From NCBI GenBank assembly GCA_016839805.1, contig JAEOTO010000032.1, forward strand, positions 202,564-266,563: a stretch of 64,000 nt of DNA, written 5' to 3'. The position numbers and the translations under genes were made by a program. Positions 51,491 through 62,038 of this stretch are shown piece after piece; the first letter of the stretch is position 1; every line of letters begins with the position of its first letter. The notes below the pieces were generated by a model. It was not told the origin of the DNA. It saw only the letters and a program-made list of their open reading frames with translations, and searched no databases. The DNA is from Candidatus Hermodarchaeota archaeon (lineage in GTDB: Archaea > Asgardarchaeota > Hermodarchaeia > Hermodarchaeales > Hermodarchaeaceae).

Positions 51491-52669
51491 TCACCTTTTT
51501 AGTCCATAGAAAATATCGGGTTTTACTTCACCTTTATCGGCGGCGTCAAAACCGAGGTGTATCAATTTCTTAATGTCAGTGTAGCGAACGTCTCGACCAC
51601 CAAGTCCAGCAATGACGCCTTGAACAGGGATAGTTTGACCGCCTCGGTAGAGGGCAGAACGGATTTCTGTGACCGCACCACCCAGGTGTCCATAAGAAAG
51701 ACTTCGGTCAACAACAACAAAGGCTTTAGCTTTGTTTGCAAGGGCTTGAATTTGTTCCGCAGGAAATGGGCGGAACACACGGAGTCGAGCGGATCCTGCT
51801 CGAATTCCTTCATTTCGAAGTTCTTCGACAGCAAGTTGGGCTTCTTCACCCATGGTTCCCATAGCAATGAAAATGACTTCAGCATCGTCACATTGGTACG
51901 TGTCGATGAAACCGCCATGAAATCGACCAAAGTGTTTCTTGAAGTCGGCTTCAACTTTGGGGATCATTTTTCGTGCGGCTTCAAAGCCTTCATGAACAGC
52001 GTAGCTTAGTTCATAGTAATATTCAGGTCCAGCAATATTTCCCGTTGCCATAGGGTCTTTTGGATCGAGCTTCCAATGCTCTGCTTGATAGGATGGGAGA
52101 AAATCGGTAATTTCTTCATGATCGTAGACTTCAATGGAAGTGAAAGTGTGACTAAGGATATACGCATCCAAAGCCACCATTCCTGGAAGCAAAACTTTGG
52201 GGGCTTCGCATAAACGAAATAGCATGAGAACAGTGTCGTAGACTTCTTGGTTATTAGAAGCGTAGAATTGAATCCATCCTGTATCACGTTGGGCCATAGA
52301 ATCTGAATGGTCAACCCAGATATTCCAGGGTGGTCCTAAGGATCGATTAACTACTGGCATTACTACAGGCAATCGTGCACGACCTGCCCAGTGAAGCATT
52401 TCATGCATTAAAGCCAAGCCATGGGACGAGGTTGCTGTGAAGGTACGGAGCCCTAAAGCTGAAGCTCCAATACATGCAGCCATGGCGCTATGTTCGGATT
52501 CAACACGCACATATTCAGATTTTAAGTCACCATTTTCCACAAATTCAGCGATTTTCTCTACGATAGTAGTTTGCGGTGTAATCGGATAAGCCGCGATTAC
52601 CGCTGGAATCGCTGTTCGTGCTGCCCAAGAGGCGGAATGGTTGCCTGTTACTGATACGATTTTAGACAT
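51491..52669 (-). CDS. porA: Pyruvate/2-oxoacid:ferredoxin oxidoreductase alpha subunit
   Basis: 392 aa. VTGNHSASWAARTA..AYPITPQT, typical POR-alpha N-terminus. Confidence 0.9.
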   Translation of the reverse strand: MSKIVSVTGNHSASWAARTAIPAVIAAYPITPQTTIVEKIAEFVENGDLKSEYVRVESEHSAMAACIGASALGLRTFTATSSHGLALMHEMLHWAGRARLPVVMPVVNRSLGPPWNIWVDHSDSMAQRDTGWIQFYASNNQEVYDTVLMLFRLCEAPKVLLPGMVALDAYILSHTFTSIEVYDHEEITDFLPSYQAEHWKLDPKDPMATGNIAGPEYYYELSYAVHEGFEAARKMIPKVEADFKKHFGRFHGGFIDTYQCDDAEVIFIAMGTMGEEAQLAVEELRNEGIRAGSARLRVFRPFPAEQIQALANKAKAFVVVDRSLSYGHLGGAVTEIRSALYRGGQTIPVQGVIAGLGGRDVRYTDIKKLIHLGFDAADKGEVKPDIFYGLKR

Positions 52670-52683
52670 TTTTCTTACCCGGT

Positions 52684-52989
52684 TTATTTCTCCACGGCTG
52701 CTTCTGCTTCAGTTTCACGCACACGACTGATTGCCTTGACTGGGCAGTTTGTTTCACAAATCATACAACCTTTGCAGTATTCGAGATTGAAGACTGGCTT
52801 ATTGTTTTCGTCCATAGTAATCGCAGTATCAGGACAATACATCCAACAGATTTGGCAACCAGTACATTTTTCCTTGTCCACAACTGGGCGAAATATGCGC
52901 CAATCACCTGTCAGGCCCATCGCGCCTGCTTCAGGATAGGTAATACAGGTAAACCGTCGGTTTGGTGGATTTCGTTTAAGTGGCGTCAT
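52684..52989 (-). CDS. porD: Pyruvate:ferredoxin oxidoreductase delta subunit (2x[4Fe-4S])
   Basis: 101 aa. CTGCQICWMYCP and CKGCMICETNCP. Confidence 0.9.
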   Translation of the reverse strand: MTPLKRNPPNRRFTCITYPEAGAMGLTGDWRIFRPVVDKEKCTGCQICWMYCPDTAITMDENNKPVFNLEYCKGCMICETNCPVKAISRVRETEAEAAVEK

Positions 52990-52991
52990 AA

Positions 52992-53564
52992 TTAATACCC
53001 TATTTGAAGTTCATTGTATGCGCGTTGAGCGGCTTCAACATTAGTTTCAATAACTTTCTCTGGAAGTTCTGCTAGACCTTTACGAATGGCCTTCTTCACA
53101 CTTTCAATTGTAACAATGCTTGTGGCTCGAGCCACAGCCCCCAACATAATTGTGTTAACAACAGCAATACCCGCAACTAAAATCCCCACATCGAGTGCAA
53201 TTGTTGTTGCATCAACTGTAGAAATTTTTGGCTTTACTTTAAGCTTAATTTCTTGTGGGGCTTGAGGGGTGTTAATAACGACAAAGGTATCTTCGTTCAT
53301 CCCTTCTTGAACACTAGGAATGTCGAGGAGTGTTTCATCCAGAATAACTATAGTTTCTGGGTCGTAGATGTAACTATGGATGCGGATGGTTTCGTCAGCA
53401 ACGCGTGTGAAGGCCATCACTGGGGCACCACGTCTTTCAGCCCCGTAATGGGCAAAGGCTTGAAAGTGTTTGTTTTCTAGCCGGGTGGCATCACCTAGAA
53501 TTTTTGCCCCGGTCACCGCACCTTGGCCACCACGACCATGAAAACGAATCTCAAACAAATTCAT
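52992..53564 (-). CDS. porG: Pyruvate/2-oxoacid:ferredoxin oxidoreductase gamma subunit
   Basis: 190 aa. EIRFHGRGGQGAVTGAKILG. Gene order gamma-delta-alpha-beta. Confidence 0.9.
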   Translation of the reverse strand: MNLFEIRFHGRGGQGAVTGAKILGDATRLENKHFQAFAHYGAERRGAPVMAFTRVADETIRIHSYIYDPETIVILDETLLDIPSVQEGMNEDTFVVINTPQAPQEIKLKVKPKISTVDATTIALDVGILVAGIAVVNTIMLGAVARATSIVTIESVKKAIRKGLAELPEKVIETNVEAAQRAYNELQIGY

Positions 53565-53635
53565 AATTGAATCCGCCCAAATTAGATATCGTTACAGAAT
53601 CACAATCATCTAAAAAGGATTATGAACCGTTAATT

Positions 53636-55519
53636 TCAGATGGGAAGCGGGAGAACGAAGAGAAGTAAGATGAGGGAAATGATGAACGCAACTGCATAGA
53701 TGATAATTCCCCACCTTTTTGCAACGCTTGCTGAAACGGGAATAAGGCTCGTTAGCTTATCAGCAGTTCCTTGACCCATTACTACAAGGGGTTCAGTGGT
53801 TCCCTGGTAAAGTGCCACATTTCCTGGCTCAAGTTTTGTGGTCGCTTCTCTTACAAGTTCGATAATTTGGCTTGTCAGGTCCTCGTGAGATATTAGTTCT
53901 CCTATGGGACTATACCCATTAGAGGCAGAAATTGCAGCGGTTTGGTGGGTATCTGAAGTCATGATTTCTGCAGCGTCCACATGTTGTGGAACAAGAGCGT
54001 TAACAATTTTTTCTCGGAATCCCACTACCATGTTATTTCCATCGAGGAGGACATAAGCCATCTTCTGACCTGCCACTTCAATAATCGAAACAGTAATCCC
54101 TTCTGAACCCATTCCTTCGCCTTCCGTATACCCCGTTTCTGTTCTTTGCGCAACTCCTATCTCAGGTTTACCCCGTGCAGTTTTTAATGCCTCACGAACA
54201 GCAGTTTTTGCAGCGGCAATCATATCAGGAATTAACTCAGATCCTTCATATACTGATTCTTTGAGCTCACTCATACAATTATGCGTATCAATGATAATAC
54301 ACCGTTTTATGAGGCTCTTCAATTCCGAAGTAATTTGCTCCGCTACAGCTAAGCTAATGTCATCCATTTCGATGGGAGAACGAGTAAACAGGAGAACCGC
54401 AGTATCTCCAAAAACTTGACAACCAACATGTATTGTTCCCGAAGTTGTTCGACAAAATTGACTCACATCCGAAATGGGCGTCGTCTGTTCATAAGCGGTC
54501 TGAACCATATTCATGAATCGTTCGACCTCGTTCTTTGAGACGAGGTTCAAATCATGAGTGGAGGCACTGTGTGGCGAACAGGCAATTGAATTCAATGTTG
54601 TTCGTCCCCATTCACCAATTCGGGTAGGTAGTGCGCTGCTACCTGTGTTTTTAAAAGGACCCGGGTGTGCTCCCGGAATGACCGTTACCAATAATGGATC
54701 TTTGGTGTTAGTACTAAATTTCATAACCGATAACGGTAGGATTTTCTCCTGCCCTATCTGGGTAAGGCTTTCTTCCATAAGATCTGCTCTGTCTTCCATC
54801 CAAACTTCAAGGAACCCCCTGAACATCTGAATTCCATCAACACTGAAGGCTTTTTTCAATGGGTGTCCGACTGCAGTAAGCAAAATCCCTGAGCCACTAA
54901 TAAATGTCAAAGTACAGAGGAAATAAATTATAAGGAAAATCCATTGTGTCGGAACAGGTTCTGTTAAAACGTACATCACCATTGCAGTTGTGGGAAAGAC
55001 AAGTGTGAGAAAGACTCCGCCTGTAACGCCAACACGACTTGTGCTTAACACGATAAGGAGCAAAATCGCTGATGTAAACGCAGCCGCTAGGATCAGATTT
55101 CGAAGGTAGAATGTTGTCGCAATCCCTCCACCTGCTAGAGGACCATAATGAAGCTTGAAAATAATCTCAATTGTCCATCCAATAAGTGTTGAAAGAAACC
55201 AGATAAGTAAGAGAACAATGACCGCTGTTGTTACGACTCCAAGGAGTCGATGCCAATTCAAAATAGTTCCCTTGCGTGTACCAAGACGGAAAGCAAGCAA
55301 AGTTAACAGCGCTGCAGGTATTGTGATTATCAACCCACGGATTGCCCCTCTCAGAAACACCATGCCAGTAAATGGACTGCCACCAAGGTATCGGAGAAGC
55401 TCTGTTAGGCCACCAACAAGAAGTGATGCCCCGAATATTATTATAATTTGCGTACGATTCCTCGGCAAACTAAAGAGCCGTTTGTAAAGCGAAATCGTGC
55501 TCTGGACATCCTCGCTCAT
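53636..55519 (-). CDS. Large polytopic membrane protein with soluble middle domain (DUF2070-like)
   Basis: 627 aa. About 6 N-terminal TM helices, a ~330-aa soluble region, and a C-terminal TM. The family assignment is from memory of the architecture only. Confidence 0.6.
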   Translation of the reverse strand: MSEDVQSTISLYKRLFSLPRNRTQIIIIFGASLLVGGLTELLRYLGGSPFTGMVFLRGAIRGLIITIPAALLTLLAFRLGTRKGTILNWHRLLGVVTTAVIVLLLIWFLSTLIGWTIEIIFKLHYGPLAGGGIATTFYLRNLILAAAFTSAILLLIVLSTSRVGVTGGVFLTLVFPTTAMVMYVLTEPVPTQWIFLIIYFLCTLTFISGSGILLTAVGHPLKKAFSVDGIQMFRGFLEVWMEDRADLMEESLTQIGQEKILPLSVMKFSTNTKDPLLVTVIPGAHPGPFKNTGSSALPTRIGEWGRTTLNSIACSPHSASTHDLNLVSKNEVERFMNMVQTAYEQTTPISDVSQFCRTTSGTIHVGCQVFGDTAVLLFTRSPIEMDDISLAVAEQITSELKSLIKRCIIIDTHNCMSELKESVYEGSELIPDMIAAAKTAVREALKTARGKPEIGVAQRTETGYTEGEGMGSEGITVSIIEVAGQKMAYVLLDGNNMVVGFREKIVNALVPQHVDAAEIMTSDTHQTAAISASNGYSPIGELISHEDLTSQIIELVREATTKLEPGNVALYQGTTEPLVVMGQGTADKLTSLIPVSASVAKRWGIIIYAVAFIISLILLLFVLPLPI

Positions 55520-55624
55520 GGTATATCGCTCATCAGGAATTCTAAAGGGAAGTTACCCATCCTAAGTAGTTCTTGAAAAGTTTTTCTTGTAATTTACAGG
55601 TAAAAACGATTTGAATCGGCTACT

Positions 55625-57556
55625 TTAATATGCGTATAATGAAGGACATTTACCACGAAGGCAGTCTTCGCATTGTATACAATTTTCTTCAATAATCCGC
55701 CCTTGACCCGTATCTATTGATATCGCGCCATTTGCACATAGAGACTGGCATGTGCCACAGGCAGTACAAAGCAAACCTCGGAGTACTGTTCGAGCAAATT
55801 TAACAGCATCTTTCTTCATAACGGGACCTGATAAGGAAAAATGACCACTTTCGAAGAGATAGGCTTTGATTTGTTCATCTTTCTTTGTGATTGAAAGTTC
55901 AATCATATTCCGTTCTAAATCTAATATTACTTTGCCCAATGCTGGAAGAAAGGCAACGGCTCGATTCAAATCTATAGGTTCATTGAATTCTCCTCTAATC
56001 AAATTCTCCTCATATTGGTCTTTGGACCCTAATACAAATGAGAGGGTTTCTCCTGTACGATTTGGATCTATTGAGGGCAACTCAATCTCCATGTTCTGCG
56101 CTAACTCTCGGATTTTAAGTGGATGAGTTTTCCAACGCCAGAATCCATGAGTCAAATATTTCTCGCTCATCCCATATTTTTTAGCAACTTTTTCAGCATT
56201 AGATTGCCAACGTTGCCATTCTAAAGGACAATGATCAGCAATGACCATTAACTCGCTCATAGTTGAGGCGGGGCAAAACATGCATCCAAGTCTTTCAAAC
56301 CCTTTTTCGTATAACGGGTTATAACTTACAGGTTCTTGGAAAATGTAAAGCCAAATCATCATTGCAGTCCAATTGTGAATTGGACTAGCTCCAATTTGTT
56401 TTGGAACCCACGGATTTTTCCAAATTCGTCTGCTAGCTGAACGCCGATGAGATTCATAACGTCGTTGACCAATGAAACTTAAACATCCATCAGGAAAATG
56501 TTCCTCAATGAGTTGGCTTGTGGGTCCAAGTTTAAGGGTTTTACAGCAGACTCGATAATCTCGGGCTACAAAACCATACAAATCAAGCACTCGGAAAAAT
56601 TGGTCCTTACCAACATTCTTCACTAATAACTGATTTTCTAAATCAAAATGTGCTACTGTTGAATATACATTTTCAACGGTTTCAGGAAATTCAATACCTG
56701 TATCGATAAACATGACATGAAATGATTGATTTGGGAGGGCCTTTTGCACTAATACAAGAACAGCTAAGCTGTCTTTACCACCAGAAAATGCTACAACTTT
56801 TTGAAAACGATATTCATGGGCAGTTTTTTGAATGAAAGTAATTGCTTCCTTTTCTAAGCGTTCAAGAAGCTCTGAGTTAGCTTCTAATACGTCTTTCCAA
56901 ATTTGACTTCCAGGAAGAATATGTGCTGGATGAGGTTCACCTTTATAGCGTTTTCTGATGACCATCCCTCGCCCTTGTCGTTGCATATCTCTGCCAGTCA
57001 TCGCAGCAATTCCAACAAGAATGGCTTCTCCTTGTTCAGTAACACCAATTACATAATCTCCAGAACTGATCGAAGAATCGGCAGTTTTAACGCCTGGTCG
57101 AAGAAGATTCGCCCCCCCAACAATGAATTTAACAGCGGAATCCTCGATGACGACTTGCTTATTCTTGGTCAGCTGAACAAGTCGGCGAGCCCCTTCTAAT
57201 TTGGGAACGAATTCCCAAGAAAGGGTTTCAATCCGAAAGCGATGAAGCCCGATAATCTGACCGTCCACAATAACTTCTTCACAACAATCTATATCAGGAA
57301 TAGCATTAAGAAGTATGATTTTGTCAGCAGGGACAAGTTGTTCAGCTACTTTTCGGTCATATTGTTTCGAGATTGAATCAATGATCTGCTTGCGATCAGT
57401 TTCAAAGGCTGGTCTGGCATCGCCAGGTGGAGCTACGTTAACCGGTCTGGTTTGTCCCCCACAACGCCCACATCGCACCCTTTTAGCTAATGGAACATTA
57501 CACTGATCACACCACGCTAGTAATAGTGGTCCCAGATATGGCTTCTTTTTCTTCAC
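55625..57556 (-). CDS. Zn-ribbon + PUA + PAPS-reductase-like (PP-loop) + 2x[4Fe-4S] ferredoxin fusion protein
   Basis: 643 aa. CDQCNVPL..CGRCGG. PUA-like GANLLRPGVKTADSSISSGDYVIGV. PP-loop VAFSGGKDS. C-terminal CTACGTCQSLC and CIQCEDCLRGKCP. Confidence 0.8.
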   Translation of the reverse strand: MKKKKPYLGPLLLAWCDQCNVPLAKRVRCGRCGGQTRPVNVAPPGDARPAFETDRKQIIDSISKQYDRKVAEQLVPADKIILLNAIPDIDCCEEVIVDGQIIGLHRFRIETLSWEFVPKLEGARRLVQLTKNKQVVIEDSAVKFIVGGANLLRPGVKTADSSISSGDYVIGVTEQGEAILVGIAAMTGRDMQRQGRGMVIRKRYKGEPHPAHILPGSQIWKDVLEANSELLERLEKEAITFIQKTAHEYRFQKVVAFSGGKDSLAVLVLVQKALPNQSFHVMFIDTGIEFPETVENVYSTVAHFDLENQLLVKNVGKDQFFRVLDLYGFVARDYRVCCKTLKLGPTSQLIEEHFPDGCLSFIGQRRYESHRRSASRRIWKNPWVPKQIGASPIHNWTAMMIWLYIFQEPVSYNPLYEKGFERLGCMFCPASTMSELMVIADHCPLEWQRWQSNAEKVAKKYGMSEKYLTHGFWRWKTHPLKIRELAQNMEIELPSIDPNRTGETLSFVLGSKDQYEENLIRGEFNEPIDLNRAVAFLPALGKVILDLERNMIELSITKKDEQIKAYLFESGHFSLSGPVMKKDAVKFARTVLRGLLCTACGTCQSLCANGAISIDTGQGRIIEENCIQCEDCLRGKCPSLYAY

Positions 57557-57631
57557 AGTAATCGAACCCTGCCGGTCAAACGGTTCTAAAAAGTAAGATA
57601 AAATCTCTTGTTTTTCTATAATAAACTGGTT

Positions 57632-57973
57632 CTAGCGAATAATGAGCCCTTGAACCTCTTTCCACGTTTCTTCTCGTAAGCGTTGCACATCTGCAATGGA
57701 AATCTCCTCGGCTTCTTTCACGGTATTAGACAATTGAATGACGTTCCCAACAGCAGAAATATTTGTGACATCAACAGGAAGCTCCACACCCAAGCCCTTG
57801 ACCTGCAACTCCACCTTGCCTGGAGGAAGTGTTACTCGAAGACTCCGGACAATGCCGATACGCCGTGCACTCCCATCAATAACTTCCTTTCCCACAATAT
57901 GACCAGGCATCTGTAATTCGTAAACTTCAGCCTCAGCCATGGATGGAACACCTGATTTCGACATAACTTTCAC
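57632..57973 (-). CDS. PRC-barrel domain protein
   Basis: 113 aa. HIVGKEVIDGSARRIGIVRSLRV is PRC-barrel-like. Confidence 0.55.
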   Translation of the reverse strand: MKVMSKSGVPSMAEAEVYELQMPGHIVGKEVIDGSARRIGIVRSLRVTLPPGKVELQVKGLGVELPVDVTNISAVGNVIQLSNTVKEAEEISIADVQRLREETWKEVQGLIIR

Positions 57974-58080
57974 ACTCCATATTCCATAAGACGTGGAATA
58001 TAGTGTAATATAAATGCGGGTAATAAAAGGATTTCAGGTAAAATCCTAGTTTAACTAAACAAAATTGTGCTGCGATTAGT

Positions 58081-60372
58081 ATGTCCGGGACGGAATTTGT
58101 CCAACATCCGCTCATCAAACCGAATTCTATCACAAAGAGATTGTATCAAGAAACAATCATTGGTACCGCAATCAAATGGAATACGCTAGTAGTGCTTCCG
58201 ACTGGGGTCGGAAAAACTGTTATCGCAATTTTAGCCGCTGCATACCAGCTTCAAAGATTTCCTAATTCAAGATGTGTTGTTCTTGCCCCGACTAAACCTC
58301 TTGTTCTCCAACATCTGAAAACCTTTCAGGATTTTATGACCTTACCAATGGATAAAATGGAAATAATTACCGGCGAAGTTACTCCTCATAAACGTTTGAA
58401 GCTCTGGGATACACTCCAGCTCGCTTTTATGACTCCCCAGGTTCTTCAAAATGATGTATTGGCAGGACGCTATCGATTGGAGGATGTATCATTATTAGTT
58501 GTAGATGAAGCGCATCGCGCTATTGGTGATTACGCCTATGTCTTTATTGCCGGACAATATTTGAAACAATCGAGATTTCCTTTGTTGTTAGCATTAACGG
58601 CGTCACCAGGCTCTGAAATTCAAAAAATACGAGAAATTGTAACCAACCTGGGCATCACGAACATTGAATTAAGAACACGAGATAGCCCAGATGTTGCGCC
58701 TTATCTCCCACCACTTGAATTCGAATGGCAAGAAGTCAAACTGCCTGAAAGATTCAAGCAAATTGGGGATGCAATTAGACGCGCCATTAAAACCCGCCTA
58801 GTCCCAATCAAAGAAGCCGGGTTCATTAACACCAGTGATATTCGAAGGGTATCCGTTCGTCAGATTTTACAGCTTCAGCGTGATATTCAACAACGTATAG
58901 CTGTAGAAACATCGCCACCAAGTCACCTATTCCAATTAGTATCTCATTGCGCTGCATTATTACGACTTTATCACAGTGTGGAATTATTAGAAACTCAGGG
59001 TGTAACTGCGCTTCATCGCTACATAGAAGGAATTCAAAAAGAAGCGCAGCGTGGAAAAACTTCGAAAGCAATTCGAGGACTTGCACAGGATCCCCACTTA
59101 TTAGAGGCTCAGCAAATTCTTAGGGAATTAATCTCTGATCACGTCGAACATTCCAAGCTACCAGTCTTAGTCAACATCGTCAAGAACCAACTGAAAAACA
59201 ACCCCAGTTCTCGAATTATGGTCTTCACACGGTATCGTGACACAGCAAAACTCCTTGAAACAACCCTTTCAACTTCAACGAGTTCGCGACCAATACGATT
59301 TATAGGACAGGCCAGTCGAGGAGACGATCGAGGGTTAACACAAAAAGAACAAGGTCAGATTCTCCAATTGTTCCGAGAAGGGACCTACAACGTTTTGGTT
59401 GCAACTAGCGTTGGCGAGGAAGGCCTTGACATTCAAGAATGTGACTTGGTACTTTTTTATGAAGCAGTTCCTAGTGCTGTACGGTTAATCCAACGGCGTG
59501 GACGCACAGGTCGTACTCAACCCGGTCGTGTAATTGTACTTGTTGCTTTAGGTACACGTGATCAAGGATATTACTGGGCGGCTATTCACCGTGAGGCAAA
59601 GATGAAAGAGCTCTTAAAGGAGATGAATGTGATGTCGCGCGAAATTGAACGAGAACGAAAACAATCCACGTTGAAAGAGTTTATGAAATCCCAGGCAAGT
59701 GATGAATCATCTCAAGATAAAGATCTTATCACCATTGTTGTGGATAATCGGGAACTTCGTTCGGCGATTACGAAGGCTTTGAAGGAACTGGACGTAAAGC
59801 TTGAAGTAGAGGCTCTTGAAGTCGGCGACTATCTCCTCTCGGATCGCGTTGCTGTCGAAGCAAAAACATCAGACGATTTCGCGCAATCAATAATTGACCG
59901 ACGTCTGTTTACCCAATTGGGGCATCTTAAAGAAAGTTTCCCAGTTCCTCTTCTTCTAATTACAGGTTCAAGTTTGTATGGATCCAGCGCCATTAACCCG
60001 GCTGCAATACGTGGTGCACTATCATCCGCAATTATTGACTTCAATGTACCAGTTGTAAACGTCCGTAATCCAAAGGAGGCCGCTGCACTTCTCTTTGCGA
60101 TCGCACGGCAAGAACAAAGTACACGAAAACACACCCTGAGCATCCGTGGAAAAAAACCAGTTCTAACTATGGCTACACTCCAGGAATATATTGTAGCTAG
60201 CCTTCCTGGAGTAAACACGACCCTAGCAAAACGTCTCTTAACCCATTTTGGAAGTATTGCTACGCTTGTCAACGCCAGTCCTAAACAACTTTCCGAAGTC
60301 CATGGCATAGGAAATACAAAAGCTCAGAGTATTCGGGAAGCTTTTGATACCAAATATGAACCTGAAAACTAG
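58081..60372 (+). CDS. hef: Hef helicase/nuclease (SF2 helicase + ERCC4 nuclease + HhH2)
   Basis: 763 aa. LPTGVGKT, VVDEAHRA, ATSVGEEGLDI, QRRGRTGR. ERCC4 region VDNRE...GDYLLSDRVAVEAKT. C-terminal LPGVNTTLAKRLL...VHGIGNTKA. Confidence 0.9.
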   Translation: MSGTEFVQHPLIKPNSITKRLYQETIIGTAIKWNTLVVLPTGVGKTVIAILAAAYQLQRFPNSRCVVLAPTKPLVLQHLKTFQDFMTLPMDKMEIITGEVTPHKRLKLWDTLQLAFMTPQVLQNDVLAGRYRLEDVSLLVVDEAHRAIGDYAYVFIAGQYLKQSRFPLLLALTASPGSEIQKIREIVTNLGITNIELRTRDSPDVAPYLPPLEFEWQEVKLPERFKQIGDAIRRAIKTRLVPIKEAGFINTSDIRRVSVRQILQLQRDIQQRIAVETSPPSHLFQLVSHCAALLRLYHSVELLETQGVTALHRYIEGIQKEAQRGKTSKAIRGLAQDPHLLEAQQILRELISDHVEHSKLPVLVNIVKNQLKNNPSSRIMVFTRYRDTAKLLETTLSTSTSSRPIRFIGQASRGDDRGLTQKEQGQILQLFREGTYNVLVATSVGEEGLDIQECDLVLFYEAVPSAVRLIQRRGRTGRTQPGRVIVLVALGTRDQGYYWAAIHREAKMKELLKEMNVMSREIERERKQSTLKEFMKSQASDESSQDKDLITIVVDNRELRSAITKALKELDVKLEVEALEVGDYLLSDRVAVEAKTSDDFAQSIIDRRLFTQLGHLKESFPVPLLLITGSSLYGSSAINPAAIRGALSSAIIDFNVPVVNVRNPKEAAALLFAIARQEQSTRKHTLSIRGKKPVLTMATLQEYIVASLPGVNTTLAKRLLTHFGSIATLVNASPKQLSEVHGIGNTKAQSIREAFDTKYEPEN

Positions 60373-60722
60373 CTTTGTAATGCTCGAATTCCGCGCAAAA
60401 TCTCTACTAAATCCTTCACAACTGCCGCAAAAGTGCGTATTTCCTCTGGATGTGGCTTTTTGGGCAAAGATCTAGTATACTCTTCTAAGATGATAAGCAC
60501 CTTAGTTGCAAGTTGGTTAAGGATGTCACCACTCGCTCCTTCTTGAATCGTCGAAGGAGTAGTTTGTTGCTCGATAACTTGCTTGTCACACTTAGCACAA
60601 TACATCGTCCCGTCTTTTAGTCGTAAAAGTGGAGTATTGCATTTTGGACAGGCTGTAATTAGAAGAGCAGCTCCTTTTCTCAGCAATTGTCCCATACGTT
60701 TTGTTACGTTTTCATCTGACAT
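60369..60722 (-). CDS. Zn-ribbon protein of the Sjogren/scleroderma autoantigen-1-like (UPF0148) type
   Basis: 117 aa. CPKCNTPLLRLKDGTMYCAKCD. Confidence 0.6.
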   Translation of the reverse strand: MSDENVTKRMGQLLRKGAALLITACPKCNTPLLRLKDGTMYCAKCDKQVIEQQTTPSTIQEGASGDILNQLATKVLIILEEYTRSLPKKPHPEEIRTFAAVVKDLVEILRGIRALQS

Positions 60723-60810
60723 ATAATCTAATTATCAGTGAAAAAAGCTTTTAAGTAATCTTGATACCTCCAAAACTCAATCCCAAAAGCATACGCCGGG
60801 GGGAATAGAT

Positions 60811-61101
60811 TTGGCTGATCCGAATAAATCAGAAGAAGTATCAGATGAAACTATGCAAAAAATCGATCAGACTACGCTGATCTTATCTCAGATTGGTGAA
60901 GATAGTACTGTCCCACGGAATATTCGGCGAGCAGCCAATGAAGCAATTGACCTGCTTCATAGTGAATTGGGGTCCGCAGCTGTGCGTGCATCCAATGCAA
61001 TTTCTCGGCTTGGGGATGCTACCCTTGATCCGAATTGTCCTAGTCATGCGCGAACAGGTATTTGGAATGCGGTGTCTATTCTTGAAACGATTAACGATTA
61101 G
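60811..61101 (+). CDS. UPF0147-family small helical protein
   Basis: 96 aa. DSTVPRNIRRAANEAIDLL matches the UPF0147 signature as I recall it. TTG start. Confidence 0.6.
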   Translation: MADPNKSEEVSDETMQKIDQTTLILSQIGEDSTVPRNIRRAANEAIDLLHSELGSAAVRASNAISRLGDATLDPNCPSHARTGIWNAVSILETIND

Positions 61102-61120
61102 GAACCAAGCCATAGCATGT

Positions 61121-61963
61121 TTAGCTGCTCTTTGTTTTTCCTATGAGTGCTAATAGATGTGTTGAAAATTCGGTGTCGCGGGCCGCAACGTATGCATATC
61201 GCGCATCATTTGTGCAGGGTCCGGTAATGGCTGATCCTTCTGGGTTGAGTAACGTTGCTCCTGCTTCTTTTAATATCAAAGCTGGTGCAGCTAAGTCGGT
61301 TCCGCGGAAAACTCCGCGGAGATCAACGAAACCATCAAGTGAGCCATCTGCCACATAACACAATTCGAGGGCGTTGGCTCCGAAATGTCTCGTATATTGA
61401 ATGCGTGAAGTGTTTGATTTTAGCTGATTACTCTTAACGTGTGTTTGAGGGAATTTATCATCTACTCCGACCAAACTCGGTTTATCCGATGTAGAATCTG
61501 CGGGTTGAATCCGTTGTCGGTCCTTGAAGGCGCCCGTTCCATTAGTAGCATAGTAACAGGTTCCAGAAAACAAATCGAGTACTACTGCGGCTTCTATTGA
61601 AGTAAATAATAGTTCAGAAGCAAAAGCAATTGCAATACACGCAAATGAGATACCATGGCTTACATTTGTACTCCCATCAATTGGATCCATAATGATAAAG
61701 CCCTCAGGTTTAGGGCCTATCCGTTGAAGACCAGCCTCTTCACTAACCAACGTAAATGCTGAAAATCTCTTAAGATACTCTACCATGGATTGCTCTGCTA
61801 TAAGATCAAACTGCTTGGTTACGTCACCACCAGCTCCAGTTCCCACTGCATCCTGACAGCTACTAGATTTTAGACACGTTAGAACATGAAGTCGAGCTAA
61901 TGTTGCGGCATTCCGAAGGTGCCTGGTCCAGAAGCATTGGTTGGTTAATGTTGAATTTGACAC
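61121..61963 (-). CDS. Inositol monophosphatase / fructose-1,6-bisphosphatase family protein
   Basis: 280 aa. TLVSEE, IMDPIDGSTN, GTDLAAPALILKEAG. Confidence 0.8.
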   Translation of the reverse strand: MSNSTLTNQCFWTRHLRNAATLARLHVLTCLKSSSCQDAVGTGAGGDVTKQFDLIAEQSMVEYLKRFSAFTLVSEEAGLQRIGPKPEGFIIMDPIDGSTNVSHGISFACIAIAFASELLFTSIEAAVVLDLFSGTCYYATNGTGAFKDRQRIQPADSTSDKPSLVGVDDKFPQTHVKSNQLKSNTSRIQYTRHFGANALELCYVADGSLDGFVDLRGVFRGTDLAAPALILKEAGATLLNPEGSAITGPCTNDARYAYVAARDTEFSTHLLALIGKTKSS

Positions 61964-62038
61964 AATTACCCGAGTACTTCTTGTAAGAGAAAAAGTTTAT
62001 CTCATATCCTGAAGTAGCTCTTCTATTCCGAAGCATTC

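Noticed and set aside
50261-52314. Alternative-frame and antisense ORFs inside the hypothetical/porB/porA genes (for example 50261-50809, 50806-51276, 51557-52009, 52006-52314)
   Set aside because: They overlap strongly supported POR subunit genes, have low-complexity or biased translations, and contain no motifs.
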